Below, piece after piece: positions 12,870-28,061 of a stretch of DNA of 64,000 bases. The translations under genes and the position numbers were made by a program. Location: positions 203,309 to 267,308 of the forward strand of contig JAKMXF010000296.1 in the NCBI GenBank assembly GCA_024704765.1, in the 5' to 3' direction. Numbering within the stretch: position 1 is the stretch's first letter; each line of letters starts with the position of its first letter. The DNA comes from Oopsacas minuta (lineage: Eukaryota; Animalia; Porifera). The notes under the pieces were generated by a model. That model did no database searches, was not told where the DNA came from, and saw only the letters and a program-made list of their open reading frames with translations.

Positions 12870-14030
12870 ATTCGATATTGTTTGCTAGTAACGTAAAAAT
12901 GCTCCTTATATGAGACAACTTTCCAATCTCAATTACGTCATAACCCTATCGAGTGGCACCCCTCCTTCGACGCCTCTGGTTAGATGAGTCTATGTGTGTG
13001 TGTGTGTGTGTAGACATCAAGCAACTAGTGATGCTTAAACACGATACTTCTCGATAAACATTCGCGGTCCCACAATTTAATTGATATTTCTGACATATTG
13101 TCATAAATACTTGTTATCGTCTGTTTTGTTGATAATCCGTAGCTATAAATAAATTCATTTACCGTATAGTGCGGTTTTTGTTAACTGGTCCAAATATTTA
13201 CGCTAAATTGTTGAGAAAAATTGCAAATCTGAATAGTTAATAATTCATATATCTCATGATTAATCATTAAAGATAACTCGTTTGCATAGTGATAGCAATA
13301 TTTTATGCAGTGAGAAGTCAGTTTAATGTTTCAAATTATCACATATATCAGTTTGGGGCAATCAACAGACTTCCCTGGGAATATAATATCATTTATCCCC
13401 ATGGAAAGAGTTATCTTTCAGGATTAATCACAAGATGCAGGTAATATAGACTAGGTTTTTTACCCAGATTAACCACACTGTGGTCACAGATACTATTATA
13501 TGATATCTTTGTCAAATTGAAGCTTCATGACGAAACTTGACCAAACTTGACTAAATCTGACCAAATTTGATATGGTCATAAAAATTATCTACCGAAAGTG
13601 TGGTCAAAACTCGAGAGAGGTTGAGAAACCCTGATATCGCCAAATCAAATTGACAGTATTTGAGCACAATTTAGCATAAATATTAAGGTCAGTTACCAAG
13701 GATCAACACAATACGATAAATGAATTCATTTATAGCCATGTATTATTTACATAACAGACGATAACATTTGTATTTATCTGAAATATGTAAGAAATATCAA
13801 GAAAATTGAGGAACTGCGTAGGGCGATCTAGTAAAATAGCGTTTAAGCATCATTTAGAGGGCTGAGATATGTATACCTACACTCAGCTCACCTAGCGGAA
13901 TCGAACGAGGAGTCAATAGGTAACAATTTGAGATTGTAAAGTTGTCAGATTCTTGAAGTATTTACGTTGTTAGGATATAATCTCCCCAAATATGGTCAAC
14001 TGACCACTTAAGAGACTGGAAATCTTTCTC
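12870..14030. repeat. Family F: divergent pair of related arms (about 12870-13010 minus, 13880-14030 plus)
   Basis: Both arms share TAGACTCA.CT..CC.AG.GGCGTCG or CTCAGCTCACCTAGCGG and downstream motifs with the copies at 51100-52056. Confidence 0.5.
12993..13010 (+). repeat. (TG)9 microsatellite at the inner end of a family F arm
   Basis: Directly visible. Confidence 0.95.
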
Positions 14031-15304
14031 TGATTACGAATATAACAATGAAAACAAGGATTAGACTTCATTTGAGAAAGTTGTGCCTTTTTTTGGAATA
14101 TCTGCATATAGTCCGGACAGAGGGAGATTTCAGGACGGGATAAAGCGGGGATTCCGTTTGTATATCTATTCAAAATATCCCAAGCAGACTGGGTAAACGA
14201 GGGGATATAGAGGTATTCGGTCATAGTCTTGAATAAACTTTATCTGTTCTACTACTTATATACACAATATTTGACTATCTTTATAATATTCCTTGATAAT
14301 GGAAATGGGAAATTTTGTAATACAGGACATACAACCATTATTCGCATTGATGGTGAATAGATGGTGATATTTTCGAAATATCATCCAGACAGGTAAACTA
14401 TACAAGATATGAACCCTATATGTATTACCAATACATATAAATACGGTGACAATGCACACGCTTGTACTCTAAAAATTAGATATGTAATCATCTGCTTACG
14501 TAATAAGCTATTTTTGGATGATTTTACAGTACAGTAGAAACAACCTATTACCAACTTTTCATGAACATAAAGTGCAGTTTTGTATGATAATTAGTGTGCC
14601 TAATGGCAATATTCGCGTGTAGCAAGGAAAATGCCTGCAAAAAACAATATGCTATTAAGCGGTGTTCACTCTTGTTTTGAGGGTTTTTGCCAGTAATAAG
14701 TTAGATCTTCGGTAATTAAATGATACCATGATTACATGTGTTTGTTTCTAAAAAAGTGGAAATTTTGATGCAATCCTGATACATTCCTATGTTGCTATCA
14801 AATGTATGTTAACAGATTCTAGCCATATCAGGAAACATTGATTATAGACTTCTACGTTTGAATGGTGCATCCTCAATTGGCGATAGGGCTGCTTATCCAA
14901 ACCAAACGAGACAATCATCGATTGTTGATAACACATTTTGTATTGATTGGATTGTTTTCAGATTGCAATGAGTATTGAGATATCAAGAGGAGTATCTCAC
15001 GCTATACTAGTTGAAGAGATGAAGGCTATTAGGCACCCTGCAGGCGACATTTAAGTACAGACAAATCGGTCAATATTGTCTCGCAAAACCTCGAGAAAAG
15101 AAGCAAAGAAAATAATAAATTTGCAAGATGATTTTTGAATTATTGTAATTAAATAATTACACAACAAGCTATCTCATCTGACGAGTCCCAGGTTGAAATG
15201 ACGTCATCTGATTGGTTAAAACTTGTGAAAAATGCGCAATTTTGAAGATCTGTCAAATGATCAATATTCCGTCATCTACTCTAAAATTAGCACCAATTGA
15301 TCCA

Positions 15305-16555
15305 AGGATGTTCTCATACAAAATGTCGAAAAATTTCCATAATTAAGTTCTCTTGTCCCAGAATTATAGTAGTGACCATGGATGACACAATTCTGCTAAT
15401 ATTCACCTATAATTTCGCAACCTTTAAAGTCATGGCCAATCATCTTGCACATGCTCGACATACTATACCATGATAATACGTTTTGATATGATATCTCTGA
15501 CAATTAAGATGCAATCTTGAAAATGACCATATATGGTATTATTGATGACTGTGCAATAATCGTTGGACACATCATATCAATATGTATTATCAGAGTATGG
15601 GAAGTCGAGTATACATCGTATGTTCGCAAGATGATTAGGAGTAACATTAAGGTTGTCAAGCTATTGGTAAATAGGGGCAAAATGTATCATCCATGGTCAC
15701 CACTATAACACTGAAACCAGCTGTCTATATCATGACCATTTTAGAGTAGACGACGGAATATTGATCACCTGACAGAGCTTGAAATTTTTTGAAGTAGGGA
15801 TATAGTAGTGTACGGTACATATTATTAGTATATATAATGGATTCGAATTGAACAAACAGTACTTTTATACCCAAGTAAATGCATACTGATATGTAGAATA
15901 TAATGTGTCCAAACAAATGGAAAACAATTTCAAAATTTGCCAATTTTTGATGGAAATGTAAAAGGTTAAATATCACATCTTTGATTCCTAAATTATTGTA
16001 CGAAATGATGGAAAGATTCTTTTGTGAAACATATAAAATTGTCATTATTAAGTTGGCAGGTTTTTAGTTACAGTAGTGACCAAGGATGTAATAATTTTTC
16101 AATATCCATATAGAAGTCGAAATCCTCAATGATATACAAAACTCACAAATGTCGATTTGTAGTATATTTCCGTCTTTCACATACTCTTGTAATACATTTT
16201 GATATTATACCTATATTAATTATTGCATAGTCATCAATGAAACGATATATGGTGATATTCAGGATTGCATCATTATCTTAGGAGATATCATATCAACATA
16301 TATTATATGAGAATGAGAAATCGTGTATTTACTATATATCGGCAATATAGTTCTTTATCATTGAGGGTTTTCGACTTATAAATGGATTTTGAGAAATTAT
16401 TACCATCCTTGGTGGCTACTGTAACTCAAAAACCTGCCAACTTAATACTGACAATTTTTATATGATTCACAAAAGAATCTTTACATCATTTTGTAAATTA
16501 ACTTTGAAATCAAAAGGTGAAATTTTCAACGTTCTACATCTTATCAAATATTGAG
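15305..16555. repeat. Interleaved inverted-repeat (foldback-like) cluster
   Basis: 16012-16134 is inverted at 16356-16482 (high identity); 15483-15600 is inverted at 16180-16296; a degenerate third copy of the first unit lies near 15305-15430. Confidence 0.75.
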
Positions 16556-17028
16556 TCATTTTCTCAAAATAATGCTTACGAAGCAAACAATTGGCATATT
16601 TTTGGTGTGGACTCATGATATTCTACATATAAGGAATACATTTACAGTACATAAAATTATTGTTTATGCGATATGAAACCATTTTGTGTACCAATATAAT
16701 ATAGACCTTACTTTGCTATATCCCTGGTACATCTGATGCTAGGCTTTATATTGAGATGGCTAGGGTCTGCTATCTTATCTGTATAGAACTGATAAAAAGG
16801 ACGGATTGAATTTCCCATGCATATATAGAACATGCTAAACCTATAAACTATTCCTGCTAGATCTTTAGAGCTCTATAAGAATGGGTAAGAAATTTCTCTT
16901 GACGATAAACACTTCAATTTGTAATTATAAACGCTAGAATGGTAAGAGAAACCAAGGTTAACTCCGAGAGATGGGTCTCTAATTGAATGCTCCAAAAAAT
17001 AGATAGTAACTTCTTTATGATTCAAATA

Positions 17029-18165
17029 CAACGAGCGCTCAAAAAGTTCCCGACGCTACCCTATATTTTTGTAACTATACAGAATACACATGTACAATTA
17101 TTAAATTTTCTCAAAATAATCACCATTAAAGTCTATGACTCGTTGTAGACGATCTGACCATTTTAAAAAAAATAAATTTTTATAATCTTCGAGCGGCATG
17201 TCTTTTAGGGATCTCAAAATTGCGTTCCCTAAGTCATTTCTGGTAGCAAAATGCCTGCCTACAAGGTCCTTTTCAACTTTGCAAAGAGCCAGAAATCACA
17301 GGAGTGAGGTCAGGTGAGTGGGATAGGTCATCTAGCTCAACAACTCTCATTGTATCCAACTCTGAATTTACGAGTATAGTTTTATGTGGTTGTGCATCAT
17401 CGTGCAATAATCGCATGCCCCGCGGTTCAGACTTTGGCCTCCGCTCCGAGTAATCTTTTTCTTCTTTTGAGGGGCAACTATTGACATAAAAGTTCCCGGT
17501 AATTGTTTTCCCTTTTGGTATTACAATCTGGGCAACTGGCTCATGTGCATCAAAGAAAATTGAATATATGACCTTCTGATTTCTGAAGTCCGGCCTAGAG
17601 TTGACAGGAGGCGCCTCAGGTTTTACCACCCATACCTTCTTTCTTTATTTGGATAGTGGCTCGTCGTATCTTATCCAAGTCTCGTCACCAGCAATAATTT
17701 CTGTTAGCCTTCTTGGATCCGAGTCATTATACTCGGGGAGCAATTTTCTTGCATAAGTTACCCGACGGTCCCTTTGGTCATTGGTAAGGGCATGCGGGAT
17801 CCACATCGAACAAATTTTGGTAACTCTCAGCTCATTGATAAGTATGGAATGAACAGCTCCCGTAGAGATCCCTACACTCATAGCTAACTCCTTAACAGTG
17901 ACATGAGGACATGTCCTTCGGGACAATATCGAGAAGCGTGCGAATTTTGATATAGGGTCTTTGCTCATATTTCAAATTTGAAGCCATAAATATTGAGAAA
18001 TTTGAAATAATCGTAACTAGAAGACTTTTGACGATATGGTGAAAGTTAAAGGAGTTCTGAATAGATAATAGAATAAGATTCATTATGAATACAGATACGT
18101 AATATAATATTTTATATCGTAAAATTAAACGGCCAAGGTCGGGAACTTTTTGAACGTCCGCTGGA
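17029..18165 (-). mobile_element. mariner-family element, deleted and frameshifted
   Basis: TIR core TCAAAAAGTTCCCGAC at both ends with flanking TA. Peptides WIPHALT, IIAGDETWIRYDEP, LLHDDAQPH, SPDLTP. Confidence 0.9.
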
Positions 18166-21100
18166 TATATAAATATGCAAAAACAAAAGTTGTAAAAGAG
18201 ATTTGGAGATATAGTTCCTAAATAAATTAAGATAATTTTGAGAATAATAATATAGATTTCATGTTCATTGCTTCTTCAATAAATTCTCACAGAACTTTGC
18301 TTCAAAATAGCTATAGAGTCATTTCTGTTAGTTAGGTATATAGATGACTATAGAATATTGATATTGTGAAATCCCAAATCCTTCGGAATATAATCCAGCT
18401 TTTAAACGTGACTTGATTACAGGAAAGGTAATATAATTTTCCATACAATCCGACTGTCGATACATATACGCATATTCTTGCAGTTGTGATTCTTCAAATT
18501 TGTCAATCTATTCGCATATTTAGATGAGATCTCACAAAATTCAAAATCAATTTATATAAAAATATGATTAAATATAATGAATAGCTTTATATTCCGAGTC
18601 AAAATCGTAGATAATATATCCATAAAATGAAGTATAGCTATGTGGGCGGAAGTATCTACTGGCACAGGTATTAATGGTCCTCACTCTCACTCTTTTAGCA
18701 CTAATATTCAAGGACTACACCTCTATCCTTAGGGTTAAATACAGTGGGAGAAGCATGTAAATATAGCAAATACATATTCAATAATATTGTAAAAGGATAA
18801 ATACCATTACATTTCTACAAAACGAGCCGCTTTGCTTGCTCGGGCTGCGGGCTTGGAAAGACTGTTTTCGCATGGGATTCGGCACTTCGAGCCCGAAATT
18901 AGTAAAGAAAAATTGCAAATTGAATAAATAAATAAATATTTCAACAATTTGTTTACTATATAAAAATAAAAAGACAAATAATGTATAAAAGAGAAATTTG
19001 ATATTCAAATTCGGATCAACGTACTTGATTACCCCTATATGTCCGTTGAAAGCAAGTCTCTGAGTATATCTCAAGATATCAGCTATTTGTTCAGTTTATA
19101 TAGGTAAAAACAACAAATAAATATTATATGATTAATTCGAAAGTGTGAAAATTGAAATCAACACACTCAATTACCCCAATGTAATTGTTTACTTTCCTAT
19201 ATCATAAACAGGAGGATATGTTATTTCTTATATTTTAATGCACACCATCTTACCCAATCAATACAAAGTGGACAATCAAACACACAAATGCACACACAAC
19301 AATTGAGTTTTAATGATATAGATTAATAAACTCAAGTTAAGTCGATTTCTGAGTTAATTGAGGGGGTTTACAACATATGTTAAAGGTTCAAAGATTATTT
19401 AAGTACTCGCAATGCATAATTCTAATCACACTAATAATTCTACTGCAATTTAGTGTTTTCACTAATTATCTAGTTTGTAAATATCGAATTTTCACTGCAT
19501 ACATTGAAACAATTGATTAGGTTGCAATTAATAATAGATATTTTATTGAGATACTTTAGAGTTAGTACGAGTTGGCAATGATTACCTAAATTCTAAATAG
19601 AAACCATTTGAAGTTTGCTACATAATTGATCTAAACTTGATCCATTACCAAAAAACCAGCCCGACGAGTTCCAGCAGGCCCAAAACACCCAAATATCTAT
19701 ATTAAATAACAAGGAATATGCAAATATCTCTAAGTCAGTAGCCAATTTCCCAATCATATTCATCCCCATTTCATTTACCCAATCCTGAATATTCCTAAAA
19801 TCAACTTTAGTATAACCATAATTACTAGATAAAAAGTATTATAACTTGCGCTCAATTTACAAAGCATATATTCAACGATAATTGCGAATAATTCTTTATG
19901 ATATGTTTTACTAACAATTATCAAATAAGAAATTGTAGAAAAATTACAATTCCATTACCTGATATAGTTCCCTTTATTCTAAGATTATACACATATAATC
20001 CTTCACCATCATCATCAATTAAATTATCCAAAGAATAGACAATCTGATTACTATAATGTAGTTTCCATTTGTTACAGGTAGTAATTTCCCATTCACTGTG
20101 TAGTGTACGAAAGCTAGGTAAAATACATCGTTCTAACTATTCTTCTTAGGTAATAATTGAGGCAGTCTCAATATCTGGTGATTAGCATATCTTCTGGTGA
20201 TTTGCAAATCTTTAAAACTACTTATAATTAACTGTAACGCAGACAACTTCTGACGCATAATAGGGATTAACTTATTTTTACTACAGGTTGATCTCTATTA
20301 AATTGATGCAATGTTTTTGACTTTACATAGCCACAATGCTGTTCCTCTTTCCTAGAGCATTCTTCGGTAGATTTTTCTTAAGAAATATCCCGTATTCACT
20401 TACGACCATTAAAACTTTCTTTATCTCTGAGAAGAAAAGCTACATTGAAATCGGAAATTCTACTATTCATACTGGATATAATACTCTAATGAAATCTCCA
20501 GGTCTCAATTTTGATTTCGAAATTAAATATTTAATTGCACTATACGCATCCAGTTCTCTACCATGGCGTTATTAAAATACGAAAAAATATTTCAGCCTAA
20601 ACTGTGGGAACATACACCACTACATAATGTGAGAATAGGTGAGTAGTAAATTAATATACAGTCTATAAGATTAGCGTAATAGCAAGGCTTCGAAACAAAT
20701 GCTTTGGTGTGATATTGTTGAGAGCATTTTCACATTGTTTACTTATATATGCACAATGTTTATCAAATGGGGAGATCTGTCCCTAAGGGCCTACCATCCT
20801 CAATATCGATGGGACCATTATCACTGCCCTCATTGTCTAAACTTCCACTTGTATCATGTGAAGGATAATAAATAATAGACAATAAAATAATGCTCTAATG
20901 TTTAAATATTAGTTAATACATGTTAATTTAGATATTTACTCTGGAAACACATAATACAAGGACTTAAACACAGAAAATATTTGAGTAATAATAAAGTTAG
21001 CACAACGCACGAGATATCCAAAGGAATACAAAAAGAACTTTCTCACTTTGTGTTAACATAAAATTTCGGTTAGTATGAAAGCCAATACCATGCATAATAT

Positions 21101-24100
21101 AAGTAGAACATAAATGGTGAAGAAGTACACACGCTATGGATTAAACTAATACGACCACGAAAATGTGTAATTATATGACTGCCAAATGGTTGTAAAATCT
21201 GTTTTTAGTGCTGGAATTGGCTAAAACAAAAAGGTAAGATGCTAGTTATCCTTTTGATTACAATGTAAAATCAGCCGTGATCGGATATTTTGGAGTAAGA
21301 GAATATTGTTATATCATGACGCAGTCAATTTGGGCCTTATTAGGCCACATTGTGCGATAGTTGACAAAGCAAAGATAGGCTCCGGCAATGCCGGGTTGTT
21401 TTCAAAGTAAGAGAGCTTTGCTCTCTCAGTTTCGTGGAAAATTACTTCCCAAATCAACATTTAAAGTAACAACTACATATAGCAATATATTCCAATCAAT
21501 CTTGGTTGACTAAAAATTCGAAAAGTCTTGATTGAAATTTGCCCATTTTGCAATTAATAGCTATATTTTAAGGGAAATCATAGGTAGGTGCCAAAATTTG
21601 ATGAATGAAAATTCAAATTAAATACATACAATACTGTTTTGGGGAATATTTAGGAGAAAAAAGCCCCAATTAGCGGATTATTAATCAAAAATCGGTCAGG
21701 GCCCAACTTCAATAAATCTCTGGAAAATATATCGGAGACTTTGTCTCTGCATTTCTACTAGCAAAATATGGCCACAAAATATGTATTTTTATGATGTCAT
21801 AAAGGTGCTAAAATCTCGCTTTTGGTGCGTGAATTGGTTTAAATGAAGTGTTAATACTTTACTTTTCACAGTGGTTTGAGGCACGGAATAGGGAAAATAT
21901 TGACAGTCATGTAATCATGTTTTCAAACTTCGAATATGTCCGCCATTACTTACTTTCTATGCAATCCAAAAATAAATTTGATTGAACGCCTATAGTGCAT
22001 ACGCTGGCTTGTCAAAGCCAATGGAATTTATATTACGAAAATGTATAATTGCGGTTTGAAAATATTCATTAAATTCATCTGGCTGCTTTTGATATATTAT
22101 CTATATTTTTGCTATTTCTTCTTCCACAGACTAAATATAACATTTCCTCATTGAGTTGAAAAGTCAACTCACCTTATATTAGAAACAAGAGAGCAATAAT
22201 ATCTTCTATATACGAGGATTTCTATATATTCGTGTACGATAGGCATACCGAGAGTTGACTGTGAAACATACAAAGTATTAAGAAGATACTCAAATGATTG
22301 AATTGAAAAGAATACTAATTAGGACTGTTCTAATGAAGAAAATTTGCTGAAGAAATAAAGTTGAAGAATATCAAAAGAATTAATGCCGTGAAAAACGATA
22401 GAAATCAATTAAAGTGTTGCAAGATGCTTATTGAAAGATATTTACATTCATAATTCGAATTAATTACAAAGTTTTAGACTCAAACTGACATAACTCATCC
22501 AAATAATTGATAAGGAATACATGTTACATAAAGAATTTTTCATGGTGAGAAAATATACACTAAGATTATTTAAGTAATCAATACATTGATACAAAGCATA
22601 CAAATCATCTAGAACAATATCGTCATCTATGTAATTCCTATGTAAAGTGCGGGGCCACAAAAATTATTGAAAAAAATTCTTTAAACTTCAAATTTGATGT
22701 ACACAATGTACCAAGTCAGAAATACGATTAACAGGATAAATTGTTATCACAAATATTTTTAGGAGATATGAATAAAAAACCTTGAACAAATATAATGCGA
22801 AATTGCTTACTCATCGTGAAATATTTCGTGATTTACTGATAATATATTTTGATGTCATATCACAGAAGATGATGAAATCATTTTATGAATTTTACAAATT
22901 TTAAAGACATTGACATACACGACCATATCTACTCTATCGACTGACATGCGAATTGGGCCGATTGATGACTATTTGATCAGAGAAAACATGTTTGAACTCG
23001 CCGAAATTTGACAGTCCCATCTGGCATTATTTCCTAATTTCAACTTTGGACGAATTTATCTCAGCAACCTTTTGGAATACACTTATGAAAATTCAAAGGC
23101 ATACACGACTCTCAAATACATGTATGCTATTTAGAAACAAATTCGTAATCAAATTTGGAGTTTTGTGACTAAAGCCAAGCACTAAATTTGTCTCAAAAGA
23201 AATTAGGTAAAAGCAAAATAAGCGAAAATAGATATTTTGGGGAGACGACAAACTCACATCTATCGAATGATAAATATTTCATGCAAATTTTACAATTAAA
23301 AGTCAATCAAATGAAGTGACCCCGTATGAATACAAAGATAACTTCACACTCGTCCCAGACCATGACAAATTTCATGACAAGTATTTATAGCCGTACGGAA
23401 TTCATGTCAATACAGTGAAATATTGACAACAATTGTAAACAGAATATTTACGGTTCGCTTCGTCAACTTTCCAAGCAAATTTCTAAGATATGAAGTTCTC
23501 AAAACTTAGTTTCCTATCTCAGATTTACTCCACTTGGTCTATAAAATCACCTGGGACTTGTCTAGCTGATCCCGATTAAATCGCTTGCGACGAGAATTAT
23601 AGGCTCAAAGTATGGGTATCTTGGGAGGCCTGGATGGTTAACCGCAATTATTGAAATTCTTTAACCGTATCATCAATTCGGATTACCAGCCCAACACTGG
23701 ATTTTGTTTCAGGAACTTGGTGACAATGACTGAACTATTCTATTTACAAAATATAAATCATCATATGAAATATTATGAAAAGATAACTCAACAGGCAATC
23801 TAAGTAATGACAAAAAGGTGTGGAACTACTGTGATATATATATGTATCAAAATGTAATTATTGGGCACAGTTTATATGCTATTTTGGTCATGCAACAGTT
23901 TGAACGTTATTATACAATACATACATATATTACATTCGATTATTCGAACTACTACAGATTGTAACAATACGGACAACTCAGAACGTGGAACTCCCATGGT
24001 ATTGCGTTACACTACTTAGTACAGTCGTTAGGGCAGATTACCAAGAGCAAATTGTAAGAAAAATCAGTACTATCGCATTGTTTGGGAAGAATTTATGTAG

Positions 24101-25825
24101 TCATCAGATAGTACTAGAGAAAGTGAAAAACTTTATCCTCAATCAGCGTAAAGTTTCCCGTCATTTATGTGGTCATATGGCCATATTTTGGTGAGAATGT
24201 GTTAAATTCCATCCTCAAAACTCATTTAAACATGTATAGATACCACAATGTCTGACGCGAGTAGACAAATTGTGTCTTGTTATGTACATATAGACCATCA
24301 AATGACCTTAAAACTCGCTATCGGTCTCCGGGACCTGTTAGTTCTTTAATATTTTTCAAATCCTTTTACAAATACGATATCATCTTGTTTTTGTGGGATA
24401 AAGATTAACTATAAATATAAAATGTAGTATTAAGACGTAAAATCGAGGAAATAGATCTAGTTATTGATGCTAGGTTAATTAGAAAAATTTCAGGTAAAAT
24501 TTCCAACTAAATATTCTGAATACTTGCACAAATATAATTCGTGTCAATGGGGATAATACAAATTCTATCAAATGGAAACTCGGTTTATTGTGCAAAATAG
24601 GCAGAGGTGATAGTTGGAAACAATGTAAATAGTTTCCAGTGGATAGAATTCGTAATATTCTCATTAAAAGAGTCATGCAATTATTCAGAATGTCAGAACA
24701 AATAACCAGATCAAATACGTCAATCTAAGTGCGAATAATTAATCATACATTTATAGCTATTCTCTCACTCTAGAAAAACTAAGATGAAGTCATGTCCGAG
24801 CAAGAAATGTGTGAAAAATAGCAACGAAATTAAGACTACGTGTGCCGATACTGTAAAACCTAGTTAAAAAGTGATTTAAGGGATAATGGTCACTCGATAG
24901 GTTTGGGTAAGTTTTAAGAATAGAATTTGAAAGAATCTTGAGACTTTTTGTATCATGGAAAATCATTCCAAAATAAGACAATGTGACTACTTAAATGCAG
25001 GGATGCCTATCCAATACCTTTGAGCGATCGATGTTTTTAATAACAATCCAATCGATATCGAAAACCAAGAAATTCTTCGCTTTTTCAGTGATAAGTATCG
25101 ATAAATTCATCATAATTCCAATCAATCTGATAATTTCTTTTTCAAATACTCTATACGTAGATATAAATTACTCCATGCGAAAGGATAAGCGATAATCATA
25201 CGTACTTATACGTTAATCTAAAATTCACGGAAAGTATATCGAAAAATATGATGCAAATTCGATGACAAATATCAATAGATGATTATCTAGATTATGTTAT
25301 AATAGCATCCCTGCTTAAACGACGAAATTTAAAGCTGATTACAAAAATATATAGAATAATGTGATCGGAATTCATCATAGAAGATATTTGAATTTCTTCC
25401 CCTTTCTAGTGCTATCTGGTGATTATCCGAAATTCATAGACAAATTTTCCCAAGAGCGGATATTTACGGATTTTGGATGTGTTATAGAACGCAGGGTAGC
25501 GCAAATTTCGTTCGAATCAGGCAGCATAATCGTAGAAAATATATGAGGACAAATCAACATAAAGAGCATAGATCCAGTAGCAAACTGAAATTGTGAATTC
25601 CTTTGATGCTGAAAGTGAATTATCATACGAGAATTATTAAACATACCTCATTAACACTGTTGCTAATTATGACTCTACAATGCCTTTTTGGTCGAATAAG
25701 CTTTGAAACTTGAGAAAATAAACAAGTTTGAGAATTCTAATATATATATAATTGAAATTTTAGGACATGACCATATACCTACATCAAAATGTGTAATTGA
25801 GTCAAAACTACATAATGTAATTTAA

Positions 25826-26270
25826 CAATGTAGGAATAAGGCCTAATATGATCAATCTAGGAAAAAGATATAAATAATTCTGAAGTCGGAATAAGACCTA
25901 AAACTAACATCCATGAAATAAATTTATTTACACATTATGTGGTATCTCATATTTTGTAATATTTTGAATTTATTGATCACTTTTCATAGCATTAGCGATG
26001 GATCTGGAACCTGGAAGTTGTCCAAAACTTTCCTTGACGTCTCTAATTATGTCCGAGCCTATATAACTCACTAGGATGTTTTGGAATGGATATTCTTTGA
26101 TTTACATAATTAGGTGGGCCTTAGCGGAGAATATGAACATCTCAGTAAACTACTTGGATTGCAGTTCAGAATTCTTTTAGGCCTTATTCCTACATTGATC
26201 ATTTACGTCTTATCCCTGATAGATAATTTTAGGTGTTATTCCTACTTCAAATCAGGTCCTATTCCGGCGA
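25826..26270. mobile_element. Probable MITE with subterminal GGAATAAG.CCTA repeats
   Basis: Perfect 21-bp inverted pair 25826-25846 / 26177-26197, with further motif copies at 25881, 26227 and about 26256. Termini unresolved. Confidence 0.45.
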
Positions 26271-26276
26271 CCCGAA

Positions 26277-27676
26277 ATTGGTGCATCTAACTAGAAGTAG
26301 TTCACAGATGAATTTAGTATGCTTATACAATGTATTTTTCCTGATAATGGTTAAGGACTCCTGCTGTATGGATGTTTATGTGTTTAAAATATTATGTTAA
26401 TATAATCAAAACCTTTTGAGATAATGGTTTGAAAACTGTCTTGTTTGAGTTGAGTCTCTATTAGATTTGTAGTACACGAATATAATAAATAATTTTTATA
26501 CAAAATAATCACATAACATCTGTGTGTTAATCGAGTGAATAATCGATCCATCAGTCTCGCCTCCAGAAAACTATAGATTTCATACCGTGGAATTCGCTTT
26601 CTCCATGTCCACAATCTCTAGAAAGTACAACAAAAATCATTGGTAGGGAGTAAGAGTCCCGACTTCTTCTCAATAGAGATTACCAGCGCCAGCATTACAA
26701 ACTGCCACAATTTATCGAGTTATCGTCCATTATCCTGGAATCTGCATCTTCTTTTCATGATAGGTTAATAATAATTTGGTCTTCAGCTGCATCTGACTTA
26801 TCTCATTAAGATGATTTGAGAGATGAGCAATATAGTATCGACCTTTGCGAATGTAATGATAGTAATAGTTTAGTCGAATGGTATCATTACACCTATCACA
26901 GGGCTCAGTTATGGATTGAAGGTTGTAACTTTTAACGTTATCGGAATCCAAAATTTAAGAAAATTTATGGGCATTGGAAAGTATCGAAATTGCACAGTGT
27001 AGTATATTCGCTAATAAAAATCCAAAAAGTCAGTATGAACATCAAGTCGTTGAGCAGAGAACCTTGTTGCTAATGTGGATAGTTCTATATAAGATTGATT
27101 GTAAATCAACTATTTTGTTTGAGAATAAGTACTTGCTGCTGACAAAAGATCAGAAGAGTATATTAATTCATTGGGTGGCCAAATTGCGAGAACAGTTTTC
27201 ATGTACTGGTACTGAGGCATTTAAAGCTGTCTATACGAATTGCATGAATGCTAAAATATGTAGAATAGGAATTTCTCTGGATTGCCTTGGAAATACTCCT
27301 CAACTCTTCCGGTTGATGAGGATTTTAAGAGGAAGATCCTATCAAGTGTAATAATATTATCACATATATAGTTCATGACGAAATAGTGGGTTATCTGACC
27401 TCAATTAGCTTACTCATTATGCACCTATCATCGGTTTTCTCCCGGCCCTCCAGTCGGGTCCTGGTAATAAGTGAGGATTTATGGAGGAATTGACCGCAAA
27501 GTCCGGGCATTTGATATCTAGACTTATTTCATTACATAAGTAAAGATTATTTGTCCCTAGTAAACAACAAAAGAGATAAGACAGGGATACGACATTAGAA
27601 ATGGTGCTGACCATGGGAAGTTAGTCAATTTAACAGTTAAAGTACTGCTTGTTGAATATTCAGCCAACTTCACACT
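26277..27676. mobile_element. Internally deleted, diverged copy of long-TIR family G (opposite orientation to 47342-51081)
   Basis: 26277-26480 matches the TIR interior (about 47500-47710). 26500-26780 matches rc of 49320-49620, 27443-27490 matches rc of 49262-49308, and 27608-27676 matches the outer TIR end (CAGCCAACTTCACACT). Confidence 0.75.
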
Positions 27677-28061
27677 GCTGACATAATTACCGTATATTAC
27701 CATTTGTTTCCTTCGTTTAAATTTATAAAAATTAAATATCAAACTGGATTCAAGTTTAACTATATAATATCATCCTGGAAGGTTGCCAAATCTGACCACA
27801 ATTTTGAATATATAAAATATTCGGGATAAAACACAACGCGTCATGACATTAACTTAGTTTTTTTAGTTCAAGAAGTAACAAAAATGGTTATGGATATGAA
27901 CTTTTATGAAAAAACTGGATAGTCTATTAAGCGTATTCTATTAAGTGGGATCCACTTTACAGCCAATTCTTCCAAAATACTGAATATACAGTTTGTCCCG
28001 AAAGTTTTTTCCTATTAGATAAATACCTATATAATTAGTGTCACGTGTCATAGGCGTTTAA

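Noticed and set aside
18778-19074. RLAFNGHIGVIKYV resembling a CAP-Gly start
   Set aside because: Similarity ends at once in AT-rich low-complexity sequence and no splice donor is evident.
21866-21872. Other CACAGTG heptamers (also near 29015 and 60298, and inverted near 13477 and 20095)
   Set aside because: Several are expected by chance. They lack the GCAC extension and adjacent RAG1-like context, and two lie inside other coding remnants.
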